A DNA stretch of 63,408 nucleotides, filler included, from Stramenopiles sp. TOSAG23-2 (Eukaryota), in NCBI GenBank assembly GCA_900128395.1. It is 10 parts of 10 records of this genome, joined end to end, with 100 filler letters (N's around TTAATTAATTAA, not from the genome) between each part and the next. Parts side by side here need not be neighbours in the genome. Positions count along the whole stretch, not along the records: positions 25,269 to 33,570 come from LT650217.1; positions 33,671 to 41,970 come from LT650218.1; positions 42,071 to 50,353 come from LT650219.1; 7 more parts are not named here. One strand, written 5' to 3'. The translations under genes and the position numbers were made by a program. Under the pieces are notes generated by a model. The model was not told the DNA's origin and made no database searches. It saw nothing but the letters and a program-made list of their open reading frames with translations. Positions 32,545 through 43,202 of this stretch are shown one piece after another; the first letter of the stretch is position 1; each line of letters begins with the position of its first letter.

Positions 32545-32781
32545 ATGTCCGTTTATTTAGCAAATTGGATTGACGAATATAGTTTCGGCTATTATTGCGA
32601 ATCATGTTCTCGAGAGCATGTGCATGGCTGCTGCCGTGATTTCATTACTAATCGAACTGAAAATCGAAGCAGACACTGTGATAAAATTCGAGGAAATGTG
32701 GATATAAAAATTACACCAGCAACTACTAGAAGATTGAACAGAAGAAATATGAGAATTTATGAAAACACTTTAACCAGATAA
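32545..32781 (+). CDS. Small viral putative Zn-binding protein
   Basis: CESC...HVHGCC...RHC, with an AT-rich leader like the other viral genes. Confidence 0.6.
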   Translation: MSVYLANWIDEYSFGYYCESCSREHVHGCCRDFITNRTENRSRHCDKIRGNVDIKITPATTRRLNRRNMRIYENTLTR

Positions 32782-33375
32782 ACCCATTCCCACTGTTGGT
32801 GCAGTTGGAGGAGGAGGCAACATGGCTTCAAGTCGAGTTAAATTATTTTCCTGTTCCCAGTAGTCTACAGCATCACACACACAGTCCCAGACAGTCTCAC
32901 TCATATTGTTATAAATATAGTGGTGAAGTGTTGTGTGAGTGGTGGTGTTATCGTTATTCATAACTGCTACAAGTCTTTTAAGTCTATCTATTTTCTCTAG
33001 TCTATAAGGTACTTCTAACATCTCGCACAAATGCGAACCATCATCATTTTCTCTTAAGTCTTCAATTTCATCTTCCACTTCAGGTATTAAATCATCCTCA
33101 ATATGCCATATAGCATCATGCATAAAACAACAGACACAACGCTTCTTCTTCTGTTTTAACTCGTTATTCTCCCTAATAACTTTTCTTAAATGTCGTTCCA
33201 CATTCTGTTTCTGAATTTTAATTAGTCTAAACTCATTAAGATTCATCGCTTTTAACACTTTTATCTGGTTTTCTAACTCCTTTATTCGCTGTGCATGTTT
33301 AACATCCCTTCTTGATTTCTCGCTTTTAGTACGCTTTCGTCTATCTTTATTTCTGCGTATAACCTTCGATTTTTT
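32770..33375 (-). CDS. Viral coiled-coil protein of unknown function, start unresolved
   Basis: The frame is open 33375-32770 (202 codons) and overlaps an upstream truncated frame at 33518-33282. Confidence 0.6.
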   Translation of the reverse strand, partial: KKSKVIRRNKDRRKRTKSEKSRRDVKHAQRIKELENQIKVLKAMNLNEFRLIKIQKQNVERHLRKVIRENNELKQKKKRCVCCFMHDAIWHIEDDLIPEVEDEIEDLRENDDGSHLCEMLEVPYRLEKIDRLKRLVAVMNNDNTTTHTTLHHYIYNNMSETVWDCVCDAVDYWEQENNLTRLEAMLPPPPTAPTVGMGLSG

Positions 33376-33515
33376 CTATTTAATCGTTTTGTTGCTTTAT
33401 CCAATTTTTTTTTAATATCCGTGATGTGTTCAATAGCCTTCTTTTTATCACGATTGGCGAAATTTTCGATGAACCATTCATTAACTTTTAGTAATTTGCG
33501 TTCACATTCTTCGTC

Positions 33516-33570
33516 TTGTTAACTGGTTTGGGCAGTTCATCAACATTTATAACTTCTGGTTCATTTGTCA
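33516..33570 (-). repeat. Exact 55-bp inverted copy of 27323-27377 at the contig end
   Basis: Reverse complement is TGACAAATGAACCAGAAGTTATAAATGTTGATGAACTGCCCAAACCAGTTAACAA, identical to part of the recombinase gene. Confidence 0.95.
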
Positions 33571-33706
33571 NNNNNNNNNNNNNNNNNNNNNNNNNNNNNN
33601 NNNNNNNNNNNNNNTTAATTAATTAANNNNNNNNNNNNNNNNNNNNNNNNNNNNNNNNNNNNNNNNNNNNAAGTAGATTATCAAAAACCGCTGGAAATGG
33701 CTTAAG

Positions 33707-35158
33707 ATGAAAAGTGATAGGCATTTAGATTGGAGAAAAGGCTCTGTTTTGAGCATGCCAAAATATAGAAAACAATTGCAGTTATTATTTCGAACAGCTG
33801 CTTGCCCTGCGTGTGATGAACAAGACAAAACGGGGAGTTTAAGACCAACGCCGTTACGTATTGCAATTTTAGGTGGAACTAGCTCTATTCATCGTTTCTT
33901 ATGTGCATATGCTGCCTTGTTAGAAGAATATCCAGATGAAGACTTTCAATCTTCTGTAGATTTGCAATTGTTTTTATTACCATGTTTGCATTCAGATGTT
34001 GCAGCATATTTAGCGGAGAATGATGGTTGGTATAGGCGACAAGTGTTTTCACCATTTCGTAACATCCATCGCAGTGTCTTGCCTGGGTTGAAAGTAACGA
34101 AAATACCAGCAGAAGGACATATGCCTAAAATACCACAAACGACGAAAAACAGTTTGGAAATAGAAACCCCAGCTCCTGCACCTATGTTTCTACCACGTTT
34201 GTTGTTGGAAGATTTTACAGAAGGTGCCAATAGAAGTTTAAATGTATGCGTTTATGATATTTTGTGCTGGTGTGCTAGTGATTCGCAATGTGATAGTGTC
34301 GCGAAAGGTTTTATTTTAAAATCCAATCGTCATTTTCCAAATGATGATCTGGTAAAACCAGGTGATGATAATACTAGGGAAACTGACGAACATATGAAAA
34401 TACCAATGTTTGGACGTATTGAAATTGGATTAGGTGTTTGCATGGAAGAATTTCGTTTAAAAGAAAGGAAAGATGAAAATCGAAGTTGGATGTTCGAAGA
34501 TAGTAAAAATAGTCCTGGGAAAAAGAAAGGTAAAAAGAAGAATTTAGATGATGATTTAACGTGGAGAAATTTGTTAAAAGACAAAGATTTCTTAACATTT
34601 TGGAAAGAGAAATATACCACGCCAGACTTAGGCATATCGTTTAGAGAAGTCGATGTACATGGCACGCCACGACCATTGACACAAGCATTAATTAGGAAGC
34701 CTATGCCATATGCAAGTATTACAGTGTCGAACATTAAGAAATATAAAGGTAATAATGATATTGGGCCAGATCCTTGCGTGCCATGTCCAGTGTCGACTCA
34801 ACCAAATTTCCCATCTTTAGGATTAATGGCGACACCATTAAAAGGACAGACATTAGATTTATTAAAAAAGAAAGAGTTTAAAACATCAAAAGAAACAGAG
34901 CAATTGTTAAGTCTACTCCAAGGTGTTGAAGACAATATTGATATAAAAGGTAACGATGATAAAAAAAAAGATGATAATACATGTGTACATCAAATAGGTG
35001 AAATTGAAATTAGTGATGCTTCGAAAAAAGGATTCAAAATTTTAGTGGATGGTGTCGTTTATGGTAAATTTGTTAAAATTAAGATCAGAAAAAGTTTGCG
35101 TGGTAATTCAGAAGGGCTGGCTTTGCCATTTATGCATTTCTTAGCACCAGATTCGTAA
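33707..35158 (+). CDS. PACS-1-like C-terminal domain protein, 5'-partial
   Basis: LRIAILGG...HRFLCAY...LFLLP...VAAYLA..DGWY and terminal IxVDGVVY resemble the PACS cytosolic sorting-protein domain. Confidence 0.6.
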   Translation: MKSDRHLDWRKGSVLSMPKYRKQLQLLFRTAACPACDEQDKTGSLRPTPLRIAILGGTSSIHRFLCAYAALLEEYPDEDFQSSVDLQLFLLPCLHSDVAAYLAENDGWYRRQVFSPFRNIHRSVLPGLKVTKIPAEGHMPKIPQTTKNSLEIETPAPAPMFLPRLLLEDFTEGANRSLNVCVYDILCWCASDSQCDSVAKGFILKSNRHFPNDDLVKPGDDNTRETDEHMKIPMFGRIEIGLGVCMEEFRLKERKDENRSWMFEDSKNSPGKKKGKKKNLDDDLTWRNLLKDKDFLTFWKEKYTTPDLGISFREVDVHGTPRPLTQALIRKPMPYASITVSNIKKYKGNNDIGPDPCVPCPVSTQPNFPSLGLMATPLKGQTLDLLKKKEFKTSKETEQLLSLLQGVEDNIDIKGNDDKKKDDNTCVHQIGEIEISDASKKGFKILVDGVVYGKFVKIKIRKSLRGNSEGLALPFMHFLAPDS

Positions 35159-35507
35159 AAAAAAATACGTAAAATATGTGTTTTTAGAAAAATAGAAATT
35201 TTTCTTGAGTTTTAGTTGAGTAGTAGAAATTAGAGTAGAGATGGGGTTTTGTGCCCTCTTCTTTTATTTACAAATGTACAATATTAAACAAACAGTTTTT
35301 TTTTTATTTTTATATACGCACTCGTATTTTTTAATACCTGGTACCTATGATAAGTAAAAAAATAATATACTGGTAAAATTGATTTTATAAACAAATTTTT
35401 AATCTCTCTCTCTCTCTCTCTCTCTTGGAAAAAAATATTAATTTTTTTTTTTAAGGTTCGTATCATAATATGTATATATACACGAGTTCGTAATATAAAA
35501 TATTCTT

Positions 35508-36362
35508 TTAAGAAATAACATCTTCATCTACGCTGAGCTTTCCTTTTGTATAATATAATAATGCAAAGCCACCTGCATTCACAGGAAAAGCTTTAGCTCC
35601 TGTAACACCTGCGCCTCGAAAAAAACCAAATGGCCCTAATTCACTTAGTACTCGACGAGAATGAAACAAAGCTCCACCCTCAGTAGTTGCCATCATACGA
35701 CTTCTTAAGACTTCAATAGGATTCAAAATTAGGTTGAAAATGACTCCGGTAAATCCACCAATTAAAAGCTCAAGAACAGTTGGATGGAAGTAATTTGTTA
35801 GCGCTTTTTGCTGCTGTACAGATTCTCGTAAAACTTCATTAGTTAAAAAAAAAATACCATTTCCAGGGAGGTTTCTTACTGCTGTCATGGAGAAACCACG
35901 GAATGCAGCAGATGTTTTCCTTGGTCGCCCTGTTATCTCTGGTGCTTTTCCTGATACTCCAGTACCAGCTGTTTGCAATCTCGTCCGCCAGACGTCGAGT
36001 GGATTTTGAAAAAATGTAAGAAGCACACCACTACCAACTCCAGCAAGAAAAACATTGAAAAAATATTGTGAATCAAGTACATCAGTTTTTAACGGTTTTA
36101 ATCTAGCATATGTACCAAACATGATTGTACTATAAGGCATTGAAATTAAAAGTTGTGGTAAAAATCCTTTATAAAGTGCCATGATACCTTCATGTTTAAT
36201 AGTTGCTTTTAAGCAGTGTACTGGACCAGAAAATCGCATAGCACTTGTTGCTTGTAAACGCGTTCGAATAACATCAAAAGGTTGCCCAATACTAACCCAT
36301 GCAATTGAAGGTGAAGCTGCTATTGCACACTCCTTGATAAAAAACTCATATTCATCATTCAT
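35508..36362 (-). CDS. Mitochondrial carrier family protein (SLC25; carnitine/ornithine-type)
   Basis: Three Px[DE]xx[KR]x[RK] repeats (PFDVIRTRLQ, PLDVWRTRLQ, PIEVLRSRM) and EGIMALYKG. Confidence 0.93.
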   Translation of the reverse strand: MNDEYEFFIKECAIAASPSIAWVSIGQPFDVIRTRLQATSAMRFSGPVHCLKATIKHEGIMALYKGFLPQLLISMPYSTIMFGTYARLKPLKTDVLDSQYFFNVFLAGVGSGVLLTFFQNPLDVWRTRLQTAGTGVSGKAPEITGRPRKTSAAFRGFSMTAVRNLPGNGIFFLTNEVLRESVQQQKALTNYFHPTVLELLIGGFTGVIFNLILNPIEVLRSRMMATTEGGALFHSRRVLSELGPFGFFRGAGVTGAKAFPVNAGGFALLYYTKGKLSVDEDVIS

Positions 36363-37111
36363 TATTTTTTTTCCCCAACTTCTTTCAAAAATCTATTTTT
36401 CGTTACATATAATTTTTTTCTTATCCTTCCCCATTATTTGAACATCTATTACATCTAACAAAAACAAAATAACGAGCTTTTTTACAAATCCGGTTGTTAT
36501 ATTATCTATATTGTACCAAAATACAAATTAGAAAATTATGACTATATACATATCTTTTTTAGGACTTACTATTAATTGGTGACAATATATATTAAAGCGG
36601 CTTTTTCGTTTGGATTTTTCCGCCGTTTTTTTTTTCCCTTTCCTTGCGCTATTTTTTCTTACCTTGCGCGTCTCTTTTGTCCATTTTTTGAGACATACCA
36701 CCGGCGGTAATTTATCAAAAAAAATATTACCAGGAATCAAAATAAGGGGCGTTTAATAGAAATATATCTTCACGATTTCTACCTATCAAATGACTCATAA
36801 TTTATACTTGAAAGGGAAATTAGAATATAAATATCAGAAAACTCTTTTCATCATAATATATACCTTAAATTTCCATATCTCATGTTGCTACAATGCATGT
36901 ACCCTCATCCTAACTCCTAACTCACTCATCATAAAAATTACATCTCAAAAAAGCCATTAATTATATTATATAATACTACAAATATATAAAATTAAAATGG
37001 GAATAGATAGAATAGAGATAAAGATAGAATTGTTCGGTTCGTGCGTTCGTTGGTAATATATATATATATAGATATAGATAGGAAAGAGACCGTGAAGAAA
37101 CAAACTAAAGA

Positions 37112-37378
37112 ATGAATGGTTTTGCAGTATTGTTGATATTCATTGCCATTGTAATGGGCATCATATATTATTTCACGACATGTAGGAAAATTACAAGTAT
37201 ACAGCAAGAAGCAAAAAATTATATTGAACAAAAAGATTTTAAAGGTTCCTCATCTGATGATGATGATGATGGTGCTGAAGAATTTGGAAAGGATCCAAGC
37301 AGTCCCATGAGTAAAATGATACATGATATGACAGTTGAAATGGGTGAAAGTTTAAGTCCTGAATCTGGAGTTATTTAG
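37112..37378 (+). CDS. Small single-pass membrane protein
   Basis: N-terminal hydrophobic helix and acidic tail. Confidence 0.55.
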   Translation: MNGFAVLLIFIAIVMGIIYYFTTCRKITSIQQEAKNYIEQKDFKGSSSDDDDDGAEEFGKDPSSPMSKMIHDMTVEMGESLSPESGVI

Positions 37379-37722
37379 AACAACACAAGTATAATTTTTG
37401 GTCATACAATGTAAAATAAATAAATTAATATTTATTAATGATATATATATATATATCCGCTCTCTCGACCCGTCCCTAAATAATAAAACCTCTCACACGC
37501 ACACCAACAGATCGAATATTCTACCCAGGAGTAGTGAATAACACACATTAAATACATATTCTAAATACACGATATATAGAAGATATGTATATAATATATT
37601 TGTAATATTTATATATATGTACTTCTTTTATTATGCGAGAAAAGAGAGAATTTAATCTCCTCTCGCTCCTCTATTACTCTTTTACACACACATTATATAC
37701 AGTGTATTAATACATCATTCAA

Positions 37723-38310
37723 CTAACTACAACAGGACTGTTTTTTTGCTTTTGGCATGGCAACTTTTACATTTGAATTTTCTTTACTTTTTTGTGGCAA
37801 ACGCTTTACTAAATCTACAAATAAATCATCAACGCCTTCACCAGTTTTAGCAGATGTATTATAATGCAATAATGATTTAGTCGATGCAAATGCTATAGCC
37901 TCTGCCTCTGTTACTTGCCGTCGATTTGGTGGCAAATCACATTTATTTGATGCTAATCCAATTATTATATCTTCCTCGACTTGTGCTTCACTCCTTAATT
38001 TTTTTAACCATTCTGCTGCTTTTTCATAAGATTTACGATTCCCAACATCATATACAATCACAGCTGCTTGTGCACCACGATAATACAGAGGTGCAATTGC
38101 CGCGTACCTTTCTTGTCCTGCTGTATCCCATATATCCAACGTCCTTCCATCTACTACTTTTTGTTTATATGCTGCACCAATTGTTGCCATTTCATTTTCA
38201 CTAAACTTACCATCACATAAACGAATGGTTAAACATGTTTTTCCAACACCTTGATCCCCTAACATAACTATTTTTGCAGATGGTCCATTTTTCTTATTAT
38301 TGCTCTGCAT
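37723..38310 (-). CDS. Rab GTPase, Rab5/21/22 group
   Basis: GDQGVGKT, ATIGAAY switch I, WDTAGQERY, YYRGA, NKCD, TSAK and C-terminal CC. Confidence 0.95.
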   Translation of the reverse strand: MQSNNKKNGPSAKIVMLGDQGVGKTCLTIRLCDGKFSENEMATIGAAYKQKVVDGRTLDIWDTAGQERYAAIAPLYYRGAQAAVIVYDVGNRKSYEKAAEWLKKLRSEAQVEEDIIIGLASNKCDLPPNRRQVTEAEAIAFASTKSLLHYNTSAKTGEGVDDLFVDLVKRLPQKSKENSNVKVAMPKAKKQSCCS

Positions 38311-38484
38311 TGTTTACCGTTTGGTAATGTAAATTTATATATATATATGCTTGTTATTATTTTCTCGTATTACTTGTTAAATAGTATATATATTCTATCA
38401 TATATATATATAAACTAATGTTCTATTTCTATTTTATATAAAATAAGTATTATCTTCGATTTATATTAATATATATCAATCGTG

Positions 38485-38703
38485 CAATCCAGGCAATCAT
38501 CTGGCAATCCAGCATTACCAGCAATCATACCAGCATTACTGTATACACAGTATACCAGAGAGATCATACTAATACGGCCATATTCTTCGTACATATAATA
38601 AGGAAAAATTTCTGCTGAAAAAAAAAATCATCACGGATTTCAGAAATTTTTCCTTCCGTAATGATATGTGCATATTGCCTGGATTTAGATTGCCTGGATT
38701 GCC
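38485..38703. repeat. Nested inverted repeats upstream of the Rab gene
   Basis: Outer pair GCAATCCAGGCAATC / GATTGCCTGGATTGC. Inner pair AAGGAAAAATTTCTG (38600) / CAGAAATTTTTCCTT (38641). Confidence 0.7.
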
Positions 38704-39097
38704 AAGGATTTGCTGTGCTGGACTGCTGGACTGCCACAGACGACTGCTACGCCTCGTATACAGTACAGTACTCTCTGGCTGGGCTGGCCCGGCTGGCCCG
38801 CTTGGAATACCACCACGGTGGTAGTATATTTAGTATTTATATATTTAGGAAAAGTTGATAGGAAAAGCTGATGGGCACAGATTAGTATATAAATAAGATT
38901 GAGTCCTATTTATATGCTAAATAAGTCGATTTTGTTTTTCCTCTTATTTTTCAAGGACTTTTCCAGCACTTTACCATAAACACACTACTGTAATTAAAAG
39001 GTAAATTTCATACGAATCGTAAATTTTATAGCATACCCATAATATCTTTAAAATATTTTTTTTATCCATTTAAGCTTCACACAATAAAAGTCCTCTC

Positions 39098-41930
39098 TCA
39101 GAAAAAAACGGGGTTCCATATATTATCTTGTTTTTTTCTTTCTCTTCTTTTTTTGTTCCTTCCGTTTTCTTCTCCTTGCTTTGCTTGCTTTCACCTCTTC
39201 ATCATCAGATTCATCATCTGATGACGATTCGTTTTTTTTTTTCCTTGCCTTTTGTTTCCTTCGTTTTTTTCTTCTTCTACGTTTTTTTTCTTTTGCATCT
39301 TCATCTGAACTGCTATCATTAGATTTTGCACTACTCTCAACCTCTGCTTCATCCTCTGATGATTTGTTGTTTTCATTAGTATCATATTCATCTTCATCCG
39401 ACTATATACATATCAATAATACAGTTAAAATATTTCATAGACATGTTAGAAATCGTTTTGATAAGAAATATTTTTTCATTATAATCAAGGCTATCATATA
39501 TGATATTAGAGTACTTACACTTGTAAATGTTAACATTCCTGATATCCCATCATCATTACCATTATCAATTATTGGTTCACCATTATAATAAATTGGAAAA
39601 TATATACGTGTACGATTTGATTTCCTCTTAAGATGTGTATAGGGACCGTATTTATATTCATCATGACCAGTTGCTGTCAAGATTTTTTTATATTCCCATT
39701 TAATTATATCATCTCCTTTTTTTTGCTGTTTCATTTTTTTCTCATCCCCTGCTGCATCATCACTATGTAAAATCCATATCAATGCTTCATCCAACGTCTT
39801 CAATGAAAAAGAATTTAAAAATAGACGTGGCTCAATATTTTGCACAAAGTTATTATCGCAAAAATAATATTTAATATCCGCATCACAGTACATTTTAAAA
39901 TGTTCACGCAATTTATATGTGCCTATTGAAAGTTTGTATATAAAAGTTGATATTTCTGATACAAGCCATGAAAAAGTTGCAGATGGTAAATGATCTTCGC
40001 TTCTATGTGTAATCAACTCACGTAAGCATTTAACATATGCGTTTAATCTATTTTTTCCCCAATTTGGTATATTAGCAACGGTTTCTCCAAAAGATTCAAA
40101 AACATGTCCACTTTTATGGAATACACCATGTTCCACTATTAATTCTAATTCATTTAAAACCAAACATTGCAACAAGTCAATTCTACGAATTAATTCTATT
40201 TCTATTGTTGCTTCGTTTGTTTTATCTTTAGTATTGCCATAAGCACTGCTTTCTACTTCTACATCACTATCATCGCTTCCGGAGGAAGTCTCTTCCCCAA
40301 ATCGTTTCTTCTCTAAATGTTCTTTTCCAAGTACATCTTCCTCAAATTGTGCTTCGTGGGTATATTGCATACCAAACAATCGTGCTTCTTTTTCTGCTAC
40401 TTTTGTTTTCGTAGTTTCCCAACTTGACGCGGTCATCATGAGTGCATGGCCAACATGTTCTGCATTATTTAAATCAAACTCGTCATAATTTACACCCGTC
40501 CTATTTATGTTGTTGTTTTTGTTATTATTATTACCGGCAGTATCATTAGTATTGTTATTTTGTTTAAATGATGAAGTTAGGTTTACATTTATACCATGAC
40601 TTTTTGCTTTTGACCAAGTTGGTGGTACAGCAGATGTTCTTCTTCCACTATGAGACCATATATGCATCATACTATTTGATCGATGAATACGATTTTTTAC
40701 ATTTGTATGTGCATTACCACTTGCAGTATCGGTAACAAATGACATAGTAGACATGCCTTTTTTCAACGTCTTACTTAAATCATCATAATCTTTAATTGAA
40801 GTTTTGGTTTCGTCAACAATATCATCATGTTTGCTTTCGTTTCTCGTATAATCTTTATATTTCAATGATTTACCAAGTTCTTCATTATATGGAGTATCTG
40901 TTTCATTTACTTTACTATAATATGTTGAATGGTCATCATAATAATCTTCCGTTGGAATCTGTCGTCGATTCGGGGAATTTAGTGGTGATCCGTAATTAAT
41001 TGTGGATTCACCACTACTACGAACATCGCCATAACTATCACCAAATTTCATTGTTGAACGAAGCATATCGTGTATAACTAGTCTTGGATTTGTGCCATCA
41101 TCGCGTTGAGAAATTAAATTTTCCACATAATCTTTTGCGTTTGAAGCAGCTTTCTTCCTATTGACTAATTCAATTTGTTTTTGTAGTTCTTTTGATGCCT
41201 TAGACGCTGCTCTTTTGCCGTAATTTAAAGTTAATATTTCTACCATGCCACTGAAAGAATGAGGTACTGGTACCAACATATTTAAACGCCTATCCAATGT
41301 CTCGCTATTAAATAGAGCAGCATGTATTGTAGTTAACATGGCAATTACTAGACGTAGTTGGCTGTTACGTGTAATTGCAGAATCATTTGCCTGTAATAAA
41401 GCAAGATTTTTTAATATATAACGTAATAATTTACCTGAATCAAAAAACATACTCTTTACTTGTCTATCTTGTAACAATGCTTCTGTTAATTCATGAAGTA
41501 ATTCTCCACATGCTTGCGCTTCCACTTTATTTCCATGTGGTTGGCATTCAATTATCTCATCTTCAATATCATTATATAAACGTTTAACATCAGCTTCATC
41601 CCCTTGCATAGATATTGATATTGGTATACCTTGCATGAAACGTACGGAGTATGTATACCATGCCCGTTTTAAATGCCACAAAAGTTTTGATTCAGTTTCC
41701 CAAGTAAATAACTCTATGTAATCTCGTTGTCCTTTCTCCTCTTTCCTGTTTAAACCTATCTTAATATGTTGTGTCATTTGGTCTAACCGCTGGTTCCTGA
41801 ATACGCTTTGATGTTTGCCATCTAAACGGTCTATACGTATTATGTCTTTTAATAATACAGGTAAAGGACATACTTGATGGTACTTTTTATGTTCTAAAAT
41901 ATAGAAACGGTCTTCAGATAGGTTTAAACA
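39098..41930 (-). CDS. Large uncharacterised protein, 5'-partial, with an intron at 39518-39402
   Basis: Long open frame extending upstream of 41777. A GTAAGT...TAG intron joins it to an acidic/basic last exon ending at TGA 39098. Confidence 0.7.
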
Positions 41931-42508
41931 GGAAAGAGGAGAAAGGACAACGAGATTACATATTGTTGTANNNNNNNNNNNNNNNNNNNNNNNNNNNNNN
42001 NNNNNNNNNNNNNNTTAATTAATTAANNNNNNNNNNNNNNNNNNNNNNNNNNNNNNNNNNNNNNNNNNNNTACGCGATGCACCACTTCCCATATTATATA
42101 TCTCTATATTCTGAATGATCGAGTAGAAACAGAAAAAGATATATATATATATAGGTAGATAGATTGATAGATAGAGATATGCAGAAGTATGTATTTCTAG
42201 AAAGATGATACACAAGAGAAATTGAAGTTTAAAATAAATGTCGTGTAGATTTGCCAACAACAACCACTACCACACACTATCCATGACACATGTATATATA
42301 TATCTGATCTACTGTTTACATCAAAATGTGTGTGTGTTGCATATACTTATAAATAATAATATGCTAAATGTAACTCCATCATCATATAAGTGGGAACAAC
42401 AATGTGATTTAAAATGCAATAGTGTGTCGTTTTATTTTATTAAAGCTTAAGTTTTACGTCGTCTCACATTGTATCATCATATAATAGTAGCAGAGAGGGC
42501 ATGAGGCC

Positions 42509-42700
42509 ATAGAGCAGCTGACATTTATATTTACCTTAAATTAGGCACTTTTTTGACCGAGCACGAAAATATACTAAATTGTTATTTCATCAAAAATAAT
42601 CAAAAATTCAAAATTCATTATTATTTGTTGTATTTTTATTCTATTTTTATTTTGGTCAATTTTGGTGAAGATTGTTCATTTTAAATGTCAGCTGCTCTAT
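42509..42700. mobile_element. MITE with 19-bp perfect TIRs
   Basis: ATAGAGCAGCTGACATTTA ... TAAATGTCAGCTGCTCTAT. Flanks GCATGAGGC / GCAGAGGC look like a degenerate TSD. Confidence 0.75.
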
Positions 42701-42746
42701 AGCAGAGGCCCATAGTGTGTGAATTAGAGCAGGTTATTATTAAATC

Positions 42747-43022
42747 GGAACCAATGGGACCGAAAATATTAGGATAGGAATAGCACAATAATAGAGTTGA
42801 AGAGTAGGGTTCAAGGGGAACGAAATCAAGGGGAACGAAATTGGATCAAAATATGCCTATTATTGATATTATTAACATACAAATATCCGATTATTATTTT
42901 GTAAAATGTTATATCTATATAGTTATTTCTTTTTAAAAATGAAATAACAAAATCCTTTTTTGAAATTCATTTTTTGATAAGATTTCGTTCCCATTGATTT
43001 CGGTCCCATTGTAATTGGTTCC
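42747..43022. mobile_element. MITE-like element with GGAACCAAT ends and subterminal repeats
   Basis: GGAACCAAT...ATTGGTTCC termini. CAA(T/G)GGGA(A/C)CGAAA units are direct on the left and inverted on the right. The interior recurs at ~59520-59668. Confidence 0.7.
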
Positions 43023-43202
43023 TCTCGACGACGATCTTCTTCTGGGCACAACGCAACAAATTATATAATTGAATTGAATTGAATCGAATAAAGAGAATAA
43101 TGATTTATCGGTCAGAATTTGTTAGAGAGGAAGAGGAAGAAGAGAAATAGCTAGAAACATTTAGCAAATCGTAATAATAGTAATAACGCAATTTGAAACA
43201 AC

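Larger units (their letters stand above)
25269..33570 (+). mobile_element. Polinton/adintovirus-like virus (PLV) genome fragment with tyrosine recombinase
   Basis: The whole contig is gene-dense, intronless and mostly co-oriented. It encodes MCP, penton, adenain-type protease, basic core-like proteins, fibre chaperone and YR. No host flanks or termini are visible. Confidence 0.9.

Noticed and set aside
23347-35158. Virus integrated between the OB-fold and PACS-like genes
   Set aside because: Both boundaries are linker gaps, so no real host-virus junction is present.
42071-42092. MGSGASR as the missing N-terminus of the 39098-41930 gene
   Set aside because: It lies across an artificial gap, so the orientation match is coincidental.
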